This document shows, piece after piece, positions 7,782 through 16,962 of a stretch of 52,031 nt of DNA. This DNA is from an uncultured Alphaproteobacteria bacterium (GTDB taxonomy: Bacteria; Pseudomonadota; Alphaproteobacteria; Micropepsales; Micropepsaceae): contig CBHTTW010000001.1 of the NCBI GenBank assembly GCA_966096025.1, positions 1-52,031 of the forward strand, in the 5' to 3' direction. The notes beneath the pieces were generated by a model. That model was given only the letters and a program-made list of their open reading frames with translations, ran no database searches and had not been told where the DNA came from. A program made the position numbers and the translations under genes. Positions within the stretch are counted from its first letter, which is position 1; each line of letters begins with the position of its first letter.

Positions 7782-9800
7782 GTGATCAATCGCCGGGAAT
7801 TTTTAGCGACCGCATCGACGACGGCCTTACTGGGGGCGGACGCCTGGGCGCAGAATGCCGCGCCGCGCGACACCGACTGGCTCAGCTACGCCAACGATAT
7901 TTCGGCCACGCGTTATTCGCCGCTGGACCAGATCAATGCCGCCAATTTCAGCAATCTGGAACTGGCCTGGAAATTCAGCACCAACTCCTTCGGTCCTCGC
8001 CTGGATGCGGACTATCAGTCCACCCCGCTGATGGTGAAGGGCCGCATCTACGTCACCGCCGGTTTCCGCCGCGATGTCGTCTGCCTGGATGCGGGCACCG
8101 GCGAGATTTTGTGGATGCATACCTATGACGAAGGCGAGCGCCTTGGTTCGCGCGGCGGGCCCGGGCTTGGGGTCGGTTATTGGACCGACGGCGCCAGCGA
8201 ACGCATCCTCTATGTCACCCGCGGCTACACTATGTTCTCGCTGGATGCCAAGACCGGCCTTCCTGATCCAGGATTTGGACAGAGTGGCAAAGTTGATCTT
8301 CGCCTAGACAATGACCAGGAGATGGACCTGGTCAAAGGCGTCATCGGCCTGCACGCGCCGCCATTCGTGGTGCGGGACACAGTGGTGGTTGGGGCGGCGC
8401 CGACAGCGGCGTCCAAGGGCTATGTGCGCGGTTTCGACGTCAAGACCGGCAAGCGCAAGTGGATCTTCCACACCATCCCGAAGAAGGGCGAGTTCGGCTA
8501 TGAGACCTGGACCACGCCAGGCCAGGCCGAAGCCGCCGGCAATATGGGCGCCTGGTGTCCCATGTCGGCCGATCCCGAGCTGGGCCTGGTCTATGTCGGC
8601 ATCGAATCGCCGCCCACCGATCTGTTGGGTGTGAGTCGTACCGGCCCGCATCTGTTTGCCGAAAGCCTGGTGGCGCTGGACATCGAGACCGGCGAGCGCA
8701 AGTGGCACTATCAGATGATCCATCACGGCATATGGGATCGCGATGTATCCTGCGCCGGTGTAATTTGCGACATCCCCCACAATGGCAAGATCGTCAAGGC
8801 GATCGCCCAACCCACCAAGCAGGGCTGGGTCTATGTGCTGGACCGCACCAACGGCAAACCGGTCTGGCCGATCCCGGAAAAGAAAGTCGCCAAAGGCAAC
8901 GTGCCGGGCGAGTGGTACTCGCCAACCCAGCCCATCCCCAGCGCACCGCCGCCTTTCGCCAAACAAGGGGTGACGGTCGACGATTTGGTCGACTGGACAC
9001 CGGAAATAAAGGCGAGAGCGCTGGAGATTGCGAGCCACTACCAGCTGGCGGCGCTTTATGACCCGCCGCCTTTGGTCAACGACAAGCTATTTGGCGCGCT
9101 ATGCATGCCCGGCCTTCAGGGCGGCATCAATTGGCCTGGCGCGTCCTACGATCCCGAAACCAAGGTCATCTATGTTTTTTCAAAAAATGAGATGGGGGTA
9201 ATCGGCGCGACCGTGACCAAGGAGGGCAAGGTCGTGCAAACCGGCGGTTTTCCACCGCCGGGTAGTTCCGATTCCAATGGAGGATCATTCGGTGGGGTTG
9301 CAAGCCTCAAGGGTGGAGGATCGCTGTTTCGGTATCGCCCTGATGGCCTCAGCGATCCCATTGGGCCAGGCGTAATCTCCATTGAGCGCATTCCCTTGAT
9401 GAAGCCTCCCTACGGCACCATCACCGCCATCGATCTCACGAAAGGCGCATTGGCTTGGCAGATCGTTCATGGCGAGACGCCTGACCACATCAAGAACCAT
9501 CGCTTGCTCAAAGGCGTCTCCATTCCCCGCACCGGCCAAGCCGGCATCCTTGGCACCCTGACCACCAAGACGTTGGTGATCTGCGGTGATTGCGGCCTGT
9601 TCACCGACGAAACGGGCCGCAAGGGCGCGCGGCTGCGCGCTTACGACAAACTCACCGGTGAACAAAAGGGCGCGGTCTTCATGGACAAAGTTCAGACCGG
9701 CGCCACCATGACCTACATGCACAAGGGCAAGCAGTATCTGGTGTGCGCCCAGGGCGGCTCGTTTGGAGCCGATCTGGTCGCCTATTGCCTGCCGGGTTGA
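7782..9800 (+). CDS. PQQ-dependent dehydrogenase (glucose/quinate dehydrogenase-like), Tat signal, no N-terminal TM helices
   Basis: INRREFL; RYSPLDQINAANFSNLELAW; KWHYQMIHHGIWDRD; KPPYGTITAIDL; TYMHKGKQY. Confidence 0.92.
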   Translation: MINRREFLATASTTALLGADAWAQNAAPRDTDWLSYANDISATRYSPLDQINAANFSNLELAWKFSTNSFGPRLDADYQSTPLMVKGRIYVTAGFRRDVVCLDAGTGEILWMHTYDEGERLGSRGGPGLGVGYWTDGASERILYVTRGYTMFSLDAKTGLPDPGFGQSGKVDLRLDNDQEMDLVKGVIGLHAPPFVVRDTVVVGAAPTAASKGYVRGFDVKTGKRKWIFHTIPKKGEFGYETWTTPGQAEAAGNMGAWCPMSADPELGLVYVGIESPPTDLLGVSRTGPHLFAESLVALDIETGERKWHYQMIHHGIWDRDVSCAGVICDIPHNGKIVKAIAQPTKQGWVYVLDRTNGKPVWPIPEKKVAKGNVPGEWYSPTQPIPSAPPPFAKQGVTVDDLVDWTPEIKARALEIASHYQLAALYDPPPLVNDKLFGALCMPGLQGGINWPGASYDPETKVIYVFSKNEMGVIGATVTKEGKVVQTGGFPPPGSSDSNGGSFGGVASLKGGGSLFRYRPDGLSDPIGPGVISIERIPLMKPPYGTITAIDLTKGALAWQIVHGETPDHIKNHRLLKGVSIPRTGQAGILGTLTTKTLVICGDCGLFTDETGRKGARLRAYDKLTGEQKGAVFMDKVQTGATMTYMHKGKQYLVCAQGGSFGADLVAYCLPG

Positions 9801-9926
9801 ATGCAATTGCGGAATGCATTTGATGCTTTGGTTTTGCCTGCTTTTCAGTCTGACTGTTCTGACCAGACGGTGCGATTTGGTCAAAGTGACTTCTTCGACG
9901 TCGACTTCAAGGCGGCGAGAAGGTGA

Positions 9927-10008
9927 CGGCTTCGCTGGACGGCCTCCCCTGGCGTCCCGCGAAGCCGCGTTTACGACTTGGCGCGCCCGGAGGGGCGCGC
10001 CATTTTTT
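9927..10008 (+). ncRNA. Candidate small RNA / structured RNA: hairpin with C-rich loop followed by a terminator
   Basis: Stem CGGCTTCGC/GCGAAGCCG plus GGACG/CGTCC with CCTCCCC at the apex (9927-9967), then terminator 9979-10008; 5' end undefined. Confidence 0.35.
9979..10008 (+). terminator. Rho-independent terminator
   Basis: TGGCGCGCCC-GGAG-GGGCGCGCCA followed by TTTTTT. Confidence 0.85.
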
Positions 10009-10071
10009 CCTGCCGGATAAGGGAAGTCGGACCTCAAAGGCGCAATACGGTTTTTATGGATAGGTCAAAAT

Positions 10072-12192
10072 ATGAAATCGATACAAAGCCAACCGCCCAC
10101 GGCTGTTCAATTTTCAGGGGAGGGGGCTGCCGATCGGTCCATTGACCGCCGGCGCTTTATGGAAAGTGCGGCATTGGTTGGTGCAATGGCGAGCCTGAGC
10201 GGGAGCGCATTGGCACAGGCGGCCGCACGCAGCAGTAAGGACATCGCAACAGACGCCCGGCTGCCCGACGGAACCGAATTTGTCCGGTGGGAGCAGCCGC
10301 TCTCCTTCTCAAAAACCTATTATGTGGACAACACCTCGTCGAATGCCGACGACAATGGTCCTGGCGACAAAGCGCGGCCCTTCCGTACCATCAACAAGGC
10401 TGCCCAAGTTCTGCAACCCGGCGAACGCGTCGTCATCGCGGCCGGTACCTATCGCGAATGCGTTCGTCCCGCGCGTGGCGGCACAGGCCCGGCGCAGATG
10501 ATCAGCTACGAGGCGGCGCCCGGCGCGAAAGTCTATGTCAAAGGCTCCGAGGTACTGAAAGACGGCTGGCGTCAGGAAACGGTTTCGGAAAGCTTTCGTG
10601 CCGCGCCCGGAACCGGAGTTACCGTTTGGCGCCACGACCTAACAAGCGCGATGTTTCCCGATGCCTACAACCCTTTCGCGCTGCCCAGCATCATGGGCAG
10701 TTGGGGCTGGCTGGACACAAAAGTGAACGACATTGGGCCGTACCTTCGCCGGCGCGGCTTGGTATTTGTGGACGGCAAACCGCTGGAGCCGATGGAACAG
10801 TTGCGCGAGCTGGCGATGCCGAAGCTGCCCGCCTTCCCGGATTTTACCGTTCCTCCGGCGCCACAGTTGGGAATGCCTCCCCGCCGGCGCGGCGGGCCGA
10901 TCATGCAGGAGGTCGGCGGTTCGCCCGACGCCCGCTTCTGGGCCGAAACCTCCGGTAGGGCGATCTACATTCGCCTGACTTCAGGCTCACCTGCCGATCA
11001 CGTGATCGAGGTCACCACCCGCGAAGCCGCCTTTGTTCCGGCGCAAGCAGGAGCGGGATTCATCCGGGTGAAGGGACTCACCTTCCAGCATGCCGGGAAC
11101 GCTTATCCGTTTCCGCAATTCGGCATGGTCTCGCTGGCCGGCGGCGATCACTGGATTCTCGAAGACAATACCATCGAATGGGCCAATGGCGCGGGGCTTA
11201 TCATTGGCTCGGACGGGTATAGCGGCAATGCGCAGCAGGCTGGCGCGTCGCAGGTCATCCGCCGCAACACCATTCGCTATTGCGGCATTACGGGCCTCAG
11301 CGGCATGGGGACCACCAATACCCTGGTGGAAGACAATTTGATCGAGTGGTGCGGCTGGGCCGATGCCGAACGCGGCTGGGAAGCCGCCGGCGCCAAGTTC
11401 CACCGCGCGAAAAACATGCTGTTCCGGCGCAACGTGGTTCGGCACATGCGTCACGCCAATGCGGTTTGGTGGGATGTCGGAAATACCAACTGCCGCATCA
11501 CCAAAAATATATTTGCCGATGTCCTGACGGTCGGCGCAGCCATCCATATGGAGATGATCCAGGATCAGAATCAGATCGACAACAACATCATCTGGGATGT
11601 CCGCAATGCCGAGCCGGGAACGCCCGGTCAGAGGGGTTGCGCGGGATCAGGCATCTTCGACAATGCCACGGACAAGCTGATCATCGCTCAAAATCTGATA
11701 GGTCGCTGCGACAATGCCGGCATCTTTGCCATCGTTCGCCCGGACCGATCACCCAGCGGCACCGGAACGGACAATAACGTCGCGAACAACATTTTCACCA
11801 AGTGCAAGTCCGCCATCGTCTTTCTCAATACAAAGAACAGGGCCGACGGAAACGTATATGTCGATATGCCCAAGGATTTCCAAGGCCTGTTCGAAGGCAT
11901 CCCGTCGCCCACTTATGATCCGGACGCCTGGCAAAAGATAAGATATCGCGATCTTGCGGCTTGGCGTGCTCAGGGCTGGGACAGGAATTCCATCATTGCC
12001 GAGGCCCAGATCGATTTCGATGCCAAGACTTTGCAGTTGACCATTTCGAGCAGCAAACCGTTGCCCCGGGTGAGCGCGGTCAATCAAATACAAAGCGACA
12101 TGCTGGGCAAGGCAACGGGGAAAACCAGAGTGGCGGGCCCAGTGGCAAATGCGGGGGGCTCCCAAAATGCCGATCCCCGGCTCCTTGCCTAG
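10072..12192 (+). CDS. Right-handed parallel beta-helix protein (DUF1565 / GH120-like), Tat signal
   Basis: IDRRRFM; PFRTINKAAQVLQPGERVVIAAGTYRECVRP; repeated NxI beta-helix rungs. Confidence 0.8.
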   Translation: MKSIQSQPPTAVQFSGEGAADRSIDRRRFMESAALVGAMASLSGSALAQAAARSSKDIATDARLPDGTEFVRWEQPLSFSKTYYVDNTSSNADDNGPGDKARPFRTINKAAQVLQPGERVVIAAGTYRECVRPARGGTGPAQMISYEAAPGAKVYVKGSEVLKDGWRQETVSESFRAAPGTGVTVWRHDLTSAMFPDAYNPFALPSIMGSWGWLDTKVNDIGPYLRRRGLVFVDGKPLEPMEQLRELAMPKLPAFPDFTVPPAPQLGMPPRRRGGPIMQEVGGSPDARFWAETSGRAIYIRLTSGSPADHVIEVTTREAAFVPAQAGAGFIRVKGLTFQHAGNAYPFPQFGMVSLAGGDHWILEDNTIEWANGAGLIIGSDGYSGNAQQAGASQVIRRNTIRYCGITGLSGMGTTNTLVEDNLIEWCGWADAERGWEAAGAKFHRAKNMLFRRNVVRHMRHANAVWWDVGNTNCRITKNIFADVLTVGAAIHMEMIQDQNQIDNNIIWDVRNAEPGTPGQRGCAGSGIFDNATDKLIIAQNLIGRCDNAGIFAIVRPDRSPSGTGTDNNVANNIFTKCKSAIVFLNTKNRADGNVYVDMPKDFQGLFEGIPSPTYDPDAWQKIRYRDLAAWRAQGWDRNSIIAEAQIDFDAKTLQLTISSSKPLPRVSAVNQIQSDMLGKATGKTRVAGPVANAGGSQNADPRLLA

Positions 12193-12231
12193 TCGGCGTT
12201 TTCGGACCGAGTCGCTTCAGGGGCCGGCAGG

Positions 12232-12798
12232 TTATGAACTTCCCAGTGAGTTCAGCTTGTATGCGAGTGTATAGCGTTCCTCATAGCAGCCGCGCGCCGG
12301 CACGCTGCCGCGATGCAGTATCGCGCCGCGCGCAACCACCAGACGTCCCCGCCGCGGCGAGATCGCCAATTCGGCGTCTTCTTCATCGGTGAAATAAATG
12401 GTTTCTCCGCCCCAATCGGGTTTCCATTCGGGGTTCGCATAATACAGCGCGGTTACGTGCTGTTCCGGCGGATTGCAATCGCGGTGCAGATAGTAACTGT
12501 CGCCATATACGCTGCAATTCACATAGGCCCGCTGATCGGTAAACTGTTCGTTTGGGAACAACCGTTCGACCGCCTGCCTTAAACTGCGGAGAAACGGGTC
12601 GACCGGGATTCTATCCATCGGAATGTCAGAAACCGGGGCGACTCCGGGTACGCCTGGCCGGCTTTTTTCCTTCCGCAGATAATGCAAGGTTCGGACGAGG
12701 CTGGCGACCTGGTCGATCATCATCTCTTCGATGACATTGTCCAAAACGAAAATCTCGCGCCCCGAAATCACCGATTTGCGAATTTTGGCTTCTGGCAT
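12232..12798 (-). CDS. 2OG-Fe(II) oxygenase (prolyl-hydroxylase-like)
   Basis: Start MPEAKIRK; HRD (HxD), YANPEWKPDWGGET, ILHRG, ERYTLAYK. Confidence 0.85.
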   Translation of the reverse strand: MPEAKIRKSVISGREIFVLDNVIEEMMIDQVASLVRTLHYLRKEKSRPGVPGVAPVSDIPMDRIPVDPFLRSLRQAVERLFPNEQFTDQRAYVNCSVYGDSYYLHRDCNPPEQHVTALYYANPEWKPDWGGETIYFTDEEDAELAISPRRGRLVVARGAILHRGSVPARGCYEERYTLAYKLNSLGSS

Positions 12799-13006
12799 TT
12801 GGATCTCGGAACTCGCAGATTTCAGCGTTAATCTTTCAGGGGCCTGGTCGAATGGCAACGGGTCCGGTCCCCGCCATCGGTGTGGTCTTCTGACGGAAAT
12901 TCGCTGCCGACCAGCTACAATTCTGAAGAGGCCGCCGCGCTGGCTCCCGTTGCGCGACCGGGCAACATGGCCTACGAAAAGCGCCGCAACATAGCGGGGC
13001 CTGGTT

Positions 13007-13549
13007 ATGCGGTGCGGACTTTTCCTGGTTTGGCTTGCACTCTTGACGCAAGGCGCGGTTGCAGCTGGACCTACCCGGGACGAGGTCATGGCGGGTGCGG
13101 TTCGCTGTGCCGGGATCGCAGACGATCGCACATGGCTTGATTGTTTTTATGGCTCCGCCCAGCCCATGCGCTCGAGTTTGGGACTTCCGCCGGCGCCGCC
13201 TGCACAGACCAAGCTGGTACCACCGCCGGGCGCCTCTTATTCCACGCCTGCTACCAATCGATACGCGCCGCCGCAAAAATCCCGCGGCTTCCTTGCCGAC
13301 CTTATCGGCTCGTCCAAACCGATTGTCACCAACGTGCCTATGGAATCCTATAAGTTTGAGAGGAACGGCACTTTCACCGTGGTTCTGAAGAACGGCCAGG
13401 CCTATCGGCAGGAGGAATCCGATGTCGTCGTGGCCAAATGGAACAGGCCTGCGGCGAGCTATCTCGTAACAATCATCGGCGATGCCGCCAATTTTGAGCT
13501 CAAGGTCAAGAGCGAGCCAGGCGTCGTCTATCACGTCCGCCGCCTCTGA
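13007..13549 (+). CDS. Secreted hypothetical protein
   Basis: Signal peptide; CAGIADDRTWLDCF Cys pair; Pro-rich linker; C-terminal beta domain FTVVLKNGQAYRQ. Confidence 0.72.
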   Translation: MRCGLFLVWLALLTQGAVAAGPTRDEVMAGAVRCAGIADDRTWLDCFYGSAQPMRSSLGLPPAPPAQTKLVPPPGASYSTPATNRYAPPQKSRGFLADLIGSSKPIVTNVPMESYKFERNGTFTVVLKNGQAYRQEESDVVVAKWNRPAASYLVTIIGDAANFELKVKSEPGVVYHVRRL

Positions 13550-13699
13550 CAGGCTGATCCTTTAGCCCGTCTCACCCCCGGGTTCGGAAAGGCTCGGGTT
13601 TAGACCTGAGTACTTCGTGATCCCTTCAGGGGTGTGGCAAATTTTCCCCGCTTCCCAACTATTGAGACTCGGAGGTTTTCGACGAGTCCGCCCTTGTGA

Positions 13700-13825
13700 T
13701 GGGAGCGTTATCAAATTACGTCGAAAAAACAGGACGTTATGGCAGCATAAGCCCTAGTTTGTAGAGCTTCTAAAGGTGCAGCGAAATCATGGTAGCGCTG
13801 TCATTAGTTCTTGGCAGCGGTGCCA
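13700..13825. promoter_or_regulatory. Cluster of LacI-type operators upstream of the TonB-dependent receptor
   Basis: TGGGAGCGTTATCA (13700-13713), TGGTAGCGCTGTCA (13790-13803), TGGCAGCGGTGCCA (13812-13825). Confidence 0.75.
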
Positions 13826-13884
13826 AGATTGGTTTAGCGTTCCCTCAACTCAGACAAATAATCAAAAACCTTCAGGGGGTTCCT

Positions 13885-16884
13885 ATGAATTCAAGCACCA
13901 AATTTGCGTTGATGTGCGCTGCCAGTGTGGTGGCCCTCACCGCGGGCGCTCGCGCCCAGGAGCCGAGTACGGAAACAGTCACGGTAACCGGCTCGCGCGT
14001 CATCTCCGATATAACCTTGTCGCCGACCCCGATCACCGTGGTTACTTCCGAGCAGTTGCAGTCCACGACCCCCACCACCATCCCCGATGCCTTGAACAAG
14101 CTGCCGGATTTCATTGGCGGCTCCACGCCCCGAAATCAGGGCAACGGTTCCGGCAACGGTAGCGCCAACACGCTGAACCTGCGCAATCTCGGCCAGTCCC
14201 GCACCCTGGTGCTTCAGGACGGCCGGCGTATCGCACCGTCGCAACAAAATGGCGCGGTGAATGTGGATGCACTGCCCCAGATGCTGATGAGCCGGGTCGA
14301 TGTGGTGACAGGCGGCGCTAGCGCGGTTTACGGCTCCGATGCCGTGGCCGGCGTGGTCAATTTCATTCTCGACAAGAATTTCACTGGCTTCAAATACGAT
14401 ATCAATGCCGGCATTTCGAAGTATGGCGATGGCGCGGAAGAGAGGATCGGTTTCGCCTGGGGTACCCCCCTGTTTGGCGGCCGCGGTCACTACGAAATGT
14501 CGATGCGCTTTTTCCAGCAGGACATGATTCCGATCGGTGCGCGTCCTTACGGCTATCAGAACAATGCCTGGGTGCAGCCCGGTAGCGGCACGGTCGCACA
14601 GCCGTTTGTCGATGTGCCCTACGGCCGGCTTTTCAATCAATCGTTGACCGGCACGATCAAGTGCGGAAACAGCTGTTCGCTGACCAATTACACGTTTGGC
14701 TCGGGTGGCCAACTCATTCCCATGACCCACGGCATTCCCACCGCCTTGTCGGGCCTGGAGTCGGGCGGCGATGGCGGTTATGCGAGTCCTGTCGATACAA
14801 CCATGCAAGCCAGGCAGCGCAATGGCGAATTCTTCAACCGCTTCAGCTATGACTTCACCCCGGACGTCAACGGCTATGTTGAAGCCAGTTGGGCGGAATC
14901 GGGAGACTATTCCAAATGGACTCCGCTGACGGTCAGCTCGGCCGGCTCCCGGCCCAACACCTTCTTCACCAACAATGCCTATCTCTCCGCTCAGCAGCAG
15001 GCCCAGTTGACGGCTGCGGCCACGGCGGCCGGAAATTTCATGCCGGCGCCGGTTGCTTTCACCCCGGTCGGCGGTGTCACAAGCATCGCTCCGGCGGTTG
15101 CTGCGAATACCCCGTTCTTCTCCGCCGCCCACTATGTCAACAAGGTCGAAGGCCAGCCCGCCAGCCGCGGCGACAATGTCTATACCACCAAGGGTGTCGA
15201 CCGGAATCTGACTATGACCGTAGGTCTGACCGGAAAGCTCGCCAGCTTGAACTGGGAGGCCTTTTACAGCCACCAGGATAGCCGGGTGACCGTCAGCGAT
15301 CCCCAGAACACCAACAACGCCAGATATATGGCGGCGCAGGACGCGGTTATTGCGCCCGCCGGCCTCAAGATCAATGGCGTGGATGTGGGCGGCACGGTCC
15401 AGTGCTGGGTCACCACTCAGGCGCAGTTCGCCTCCCTCTATCCGGGATGCGTACCGATCAACACGTTTGATCCCAACGGCATTTCCCAGACTGCCTTCAA
15501 CTACCTGAAAACGAATACCTTCTGGTCGCTGACACAAGAGCTGGACAATATCGGCGGTCACATTTCGGGTGGTTTGTTCGGCCTGGGCCTGCCGGCCGGC
15601 GAGATCACGGCCGCGCTTTCGGCGGAAATGCGCTGGCGCACCTATAATCTGAAAACCAATGCCCTGCCGACGGACTTTGTCAATTGCACAGGCTTGCGCA
15701 TGTGCACCGTTAACGGCGGCGCCGCACCCGCGCTGTGGACCCAGAATGTCAATGCGCCCGTCAGTGTCGCCGACAATGTCTGGGAGACGGCGCTTGAGCT
15801 CAATGTGCCCGTCCTCAAGGACTTTCCGCTCGCGGAGGATTTGAACGTCGACATCGCCGGCCGCTACACCAGCTATTCCATTTCGGGCGAGGCCCAGACC
15901 TGGAAGATCGGTGTCAACGACAGGATCAACGATACAGTCCGTGTGCGCGGCACGATGTCATACGATATTCGTGCGCCAAACTTGAATGACCTGTTCCAGC
16001 CGACGGGTATCTCCTCGACCGGATTCTTCGACCTGTTGACCGGCGGCAACAACAGCACCCAGCTGGTCAACAAAGGCAACGCCACCTTGAAGCCGGAGGT
16101 CGCCCATACCTATACGCTGGGCGTGGTGTTGACGCCGGATTTCATTCCCGGCTTTACCACCTCGCTGGACTATTACCAGACCCATATGTCGCAGGCGATC
16201 ACCAACATCAGCTATCAAACCACGAGTGTCCAACAGCTCTGCATCAACAGCGCCCCCACCTACAGTTCGCCCTTCTGTTCGCTGGCGGTCCGTCCTTTCG
16301 CGCCGGGCTCGCCGCAGTTCACCACCACCGCCAACTATCCGAGCCAGGTTCTCAGTTCGCCGATCAACAGCGCCCTGATTCAGATGGAAGGTTGGAACTT
16401 CGAAGCGGACTATAATTTTGACTGGGTCGATGTGTGGGACGCCATACCGGGTTCGGTGAGCTTGCGGCACTTGGTGACCTACCAGCCCGTGCTGCAGTCC
16501 CAGAATCTGCCGGGCACCGCCTTTGTCTGGACTTCCCAGCCCAAGACCCGCATGACCACCTTCATCAGTTACCAGGTCGGTGATTGGGGATTTGATGTGC
16601 AGAACCGCTGGTTGGCCGGCGCGAAGAAGGCGACCGGTTTCGTCAACCAGATTTACGTCATACCGCGTCTTAACAGCAACAACGTGACGGACTTTACGAT
16701 TAACCGCAGGTTCGATCTGTGGGGTGGTTCCTCCAACTTCTATTTCAACATCCAGAATATCGGCAATACACGTGCGCCGCTTCAGGGCGCCAACCCGTCG
16801 GTGCCGGGCCTGTTCTATCCCACGCCGACGCTTTACAGCGACATGGGCCGGTTCTTCACTATCGGCCTCAAGGGTAACTTCTAG
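13885..16884 (+). CDS. TonB-dependent receptor
   Basis: Start MNSSTKF after GGGGG; TonB box ETVTVTGSR; plug NLRNLG..RTLVL..GRR, RVDVVTGGASAVYGSDAVAGVVNFIL; C-terminal Phe. Confidence 0.96.
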   Translation: MNSSTKFALMCAASVVALTAGARAQEPSTETVTVTGSRVISDITLSPTPITVVTSEQLQSTTPTTIPDALNKLPDFIGGSTPRNQGNGSGNGSANTLNLRNLGQSRTLVLQDGRRIAPSQQNGAVNVDALPQMLMSRVDVVTGGASAVYGSDAVAGVVNFILDKNFTGFKYDINAGISKYGDGAEERIGFAWGTPLFGGRGHYEMSMRFFQQDMIPIGARPYGYQNNAWVQPGSGTVAQPFVDVPYGRLFNQSLTGTIKCGNSCSLTNYTFGSGGQLIPMTHGIPTALSGLESGGDGGYASPVDTTMQARQRNGEFFNRFSYDFTPDVNGYVEASWAESGDYSKWTPLTVSSAGSRPNTFFTNNAYLSAQQQAQLTAAATAAGNFMPAPVAFTPVGGVTSIAPAVAANTPFFSAAHYVNKVEGQPASRGDNVYTTKGVDRNLTMTVGLTGKLASLNWEAFYSHQDSRVTVSDPQNTNNARYMAAQDAVIAPAGLKINGVDVGGTVQCWVTTQAQFASLYPGCVPINTFDPNGISQTAFNYLKTNTFWSLTQELDNIGGHISGGLFGLGLPAGEITAALSAEMRWRTYNLKTNALPTDFVNCTGLRMCTVNGGAAPALWTQNVNAPVSVADNVWETALELNVPVLKDFPLAEDLNVDIAGRYTSYSISGEAQTWKIGVNDRINDTVRVRGTMSYDIRAPNLNDLFQPTGISSTGFFDLLTGGNNSTQLVNKGNATLKPEVAHTYTLGVVLTPDFIPGFTTSLDYYQTHMSQAITNISYQTTSVQQLCINSAPTYSSPFCSLAVRPFAPGSPQFTTTANYPSQVLSSPINSALIQMEGWNFEADYNFDWVDVWDAIPGSVSLRHLVTYQPVLQSQNLPGTAFVWTSQPKTRMTTFISYQVGDWGFDVQNRWLAGAKKATGFVNQIYVIPRLNSNNVTDFTINRRFDLWGGSSNFYFNIQNIGNTRAPLQGANPSVPGLFYPTPTLYSDMGRFFTIGLKGNF

Positions 16885-16904
16885 TTGCCGCCATTGTTTG
16901 CCTG

Positions 16905-16939
16905 GGATCGGCGCCGCGGAAGCGGCGCCGGTCCTTTTT
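16905..16939 (+). terminator. Rho-independent terminator
   Basis: GGATCGGCGCCGC-GGAA-GCGGCGCCGGTCC then TTTTT. Confidence 0.85.
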
Positions 16940-16962
16940 GAACGACGCGGCCGGGGGAAACG

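Noticed and set aside
9763-10020. 85-aa ORF across the PQQ 3' intergenic region
   Set aside because: No clear SD, atypical composition, and it runs through the terminator
12799-13131. N-terminal extension of the 2OG oxygenase
   Set aside because: Overlaps the divergent secreted gene; domain-like sequence starts at 12798
13832-13845. Possible fourth operator GTTTAGCGTTCCCT
   Set aside because: Outer TG/CA bases missing; too degenerate to call
13789-13884. Upstream in-frame ATG for the TonB receptor
   Set aside because: Region contains the operators; SD and signal peptide fit 13885
13891-15561. Long antisense ORFs (also 32514-34073, 34362-35684, 42073-43599, 44334-46136, 46120-47658, 49022-50533)
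   Set aside because: Shadow frames of well-supported genes in high-GC DNA; no recognisable motifs
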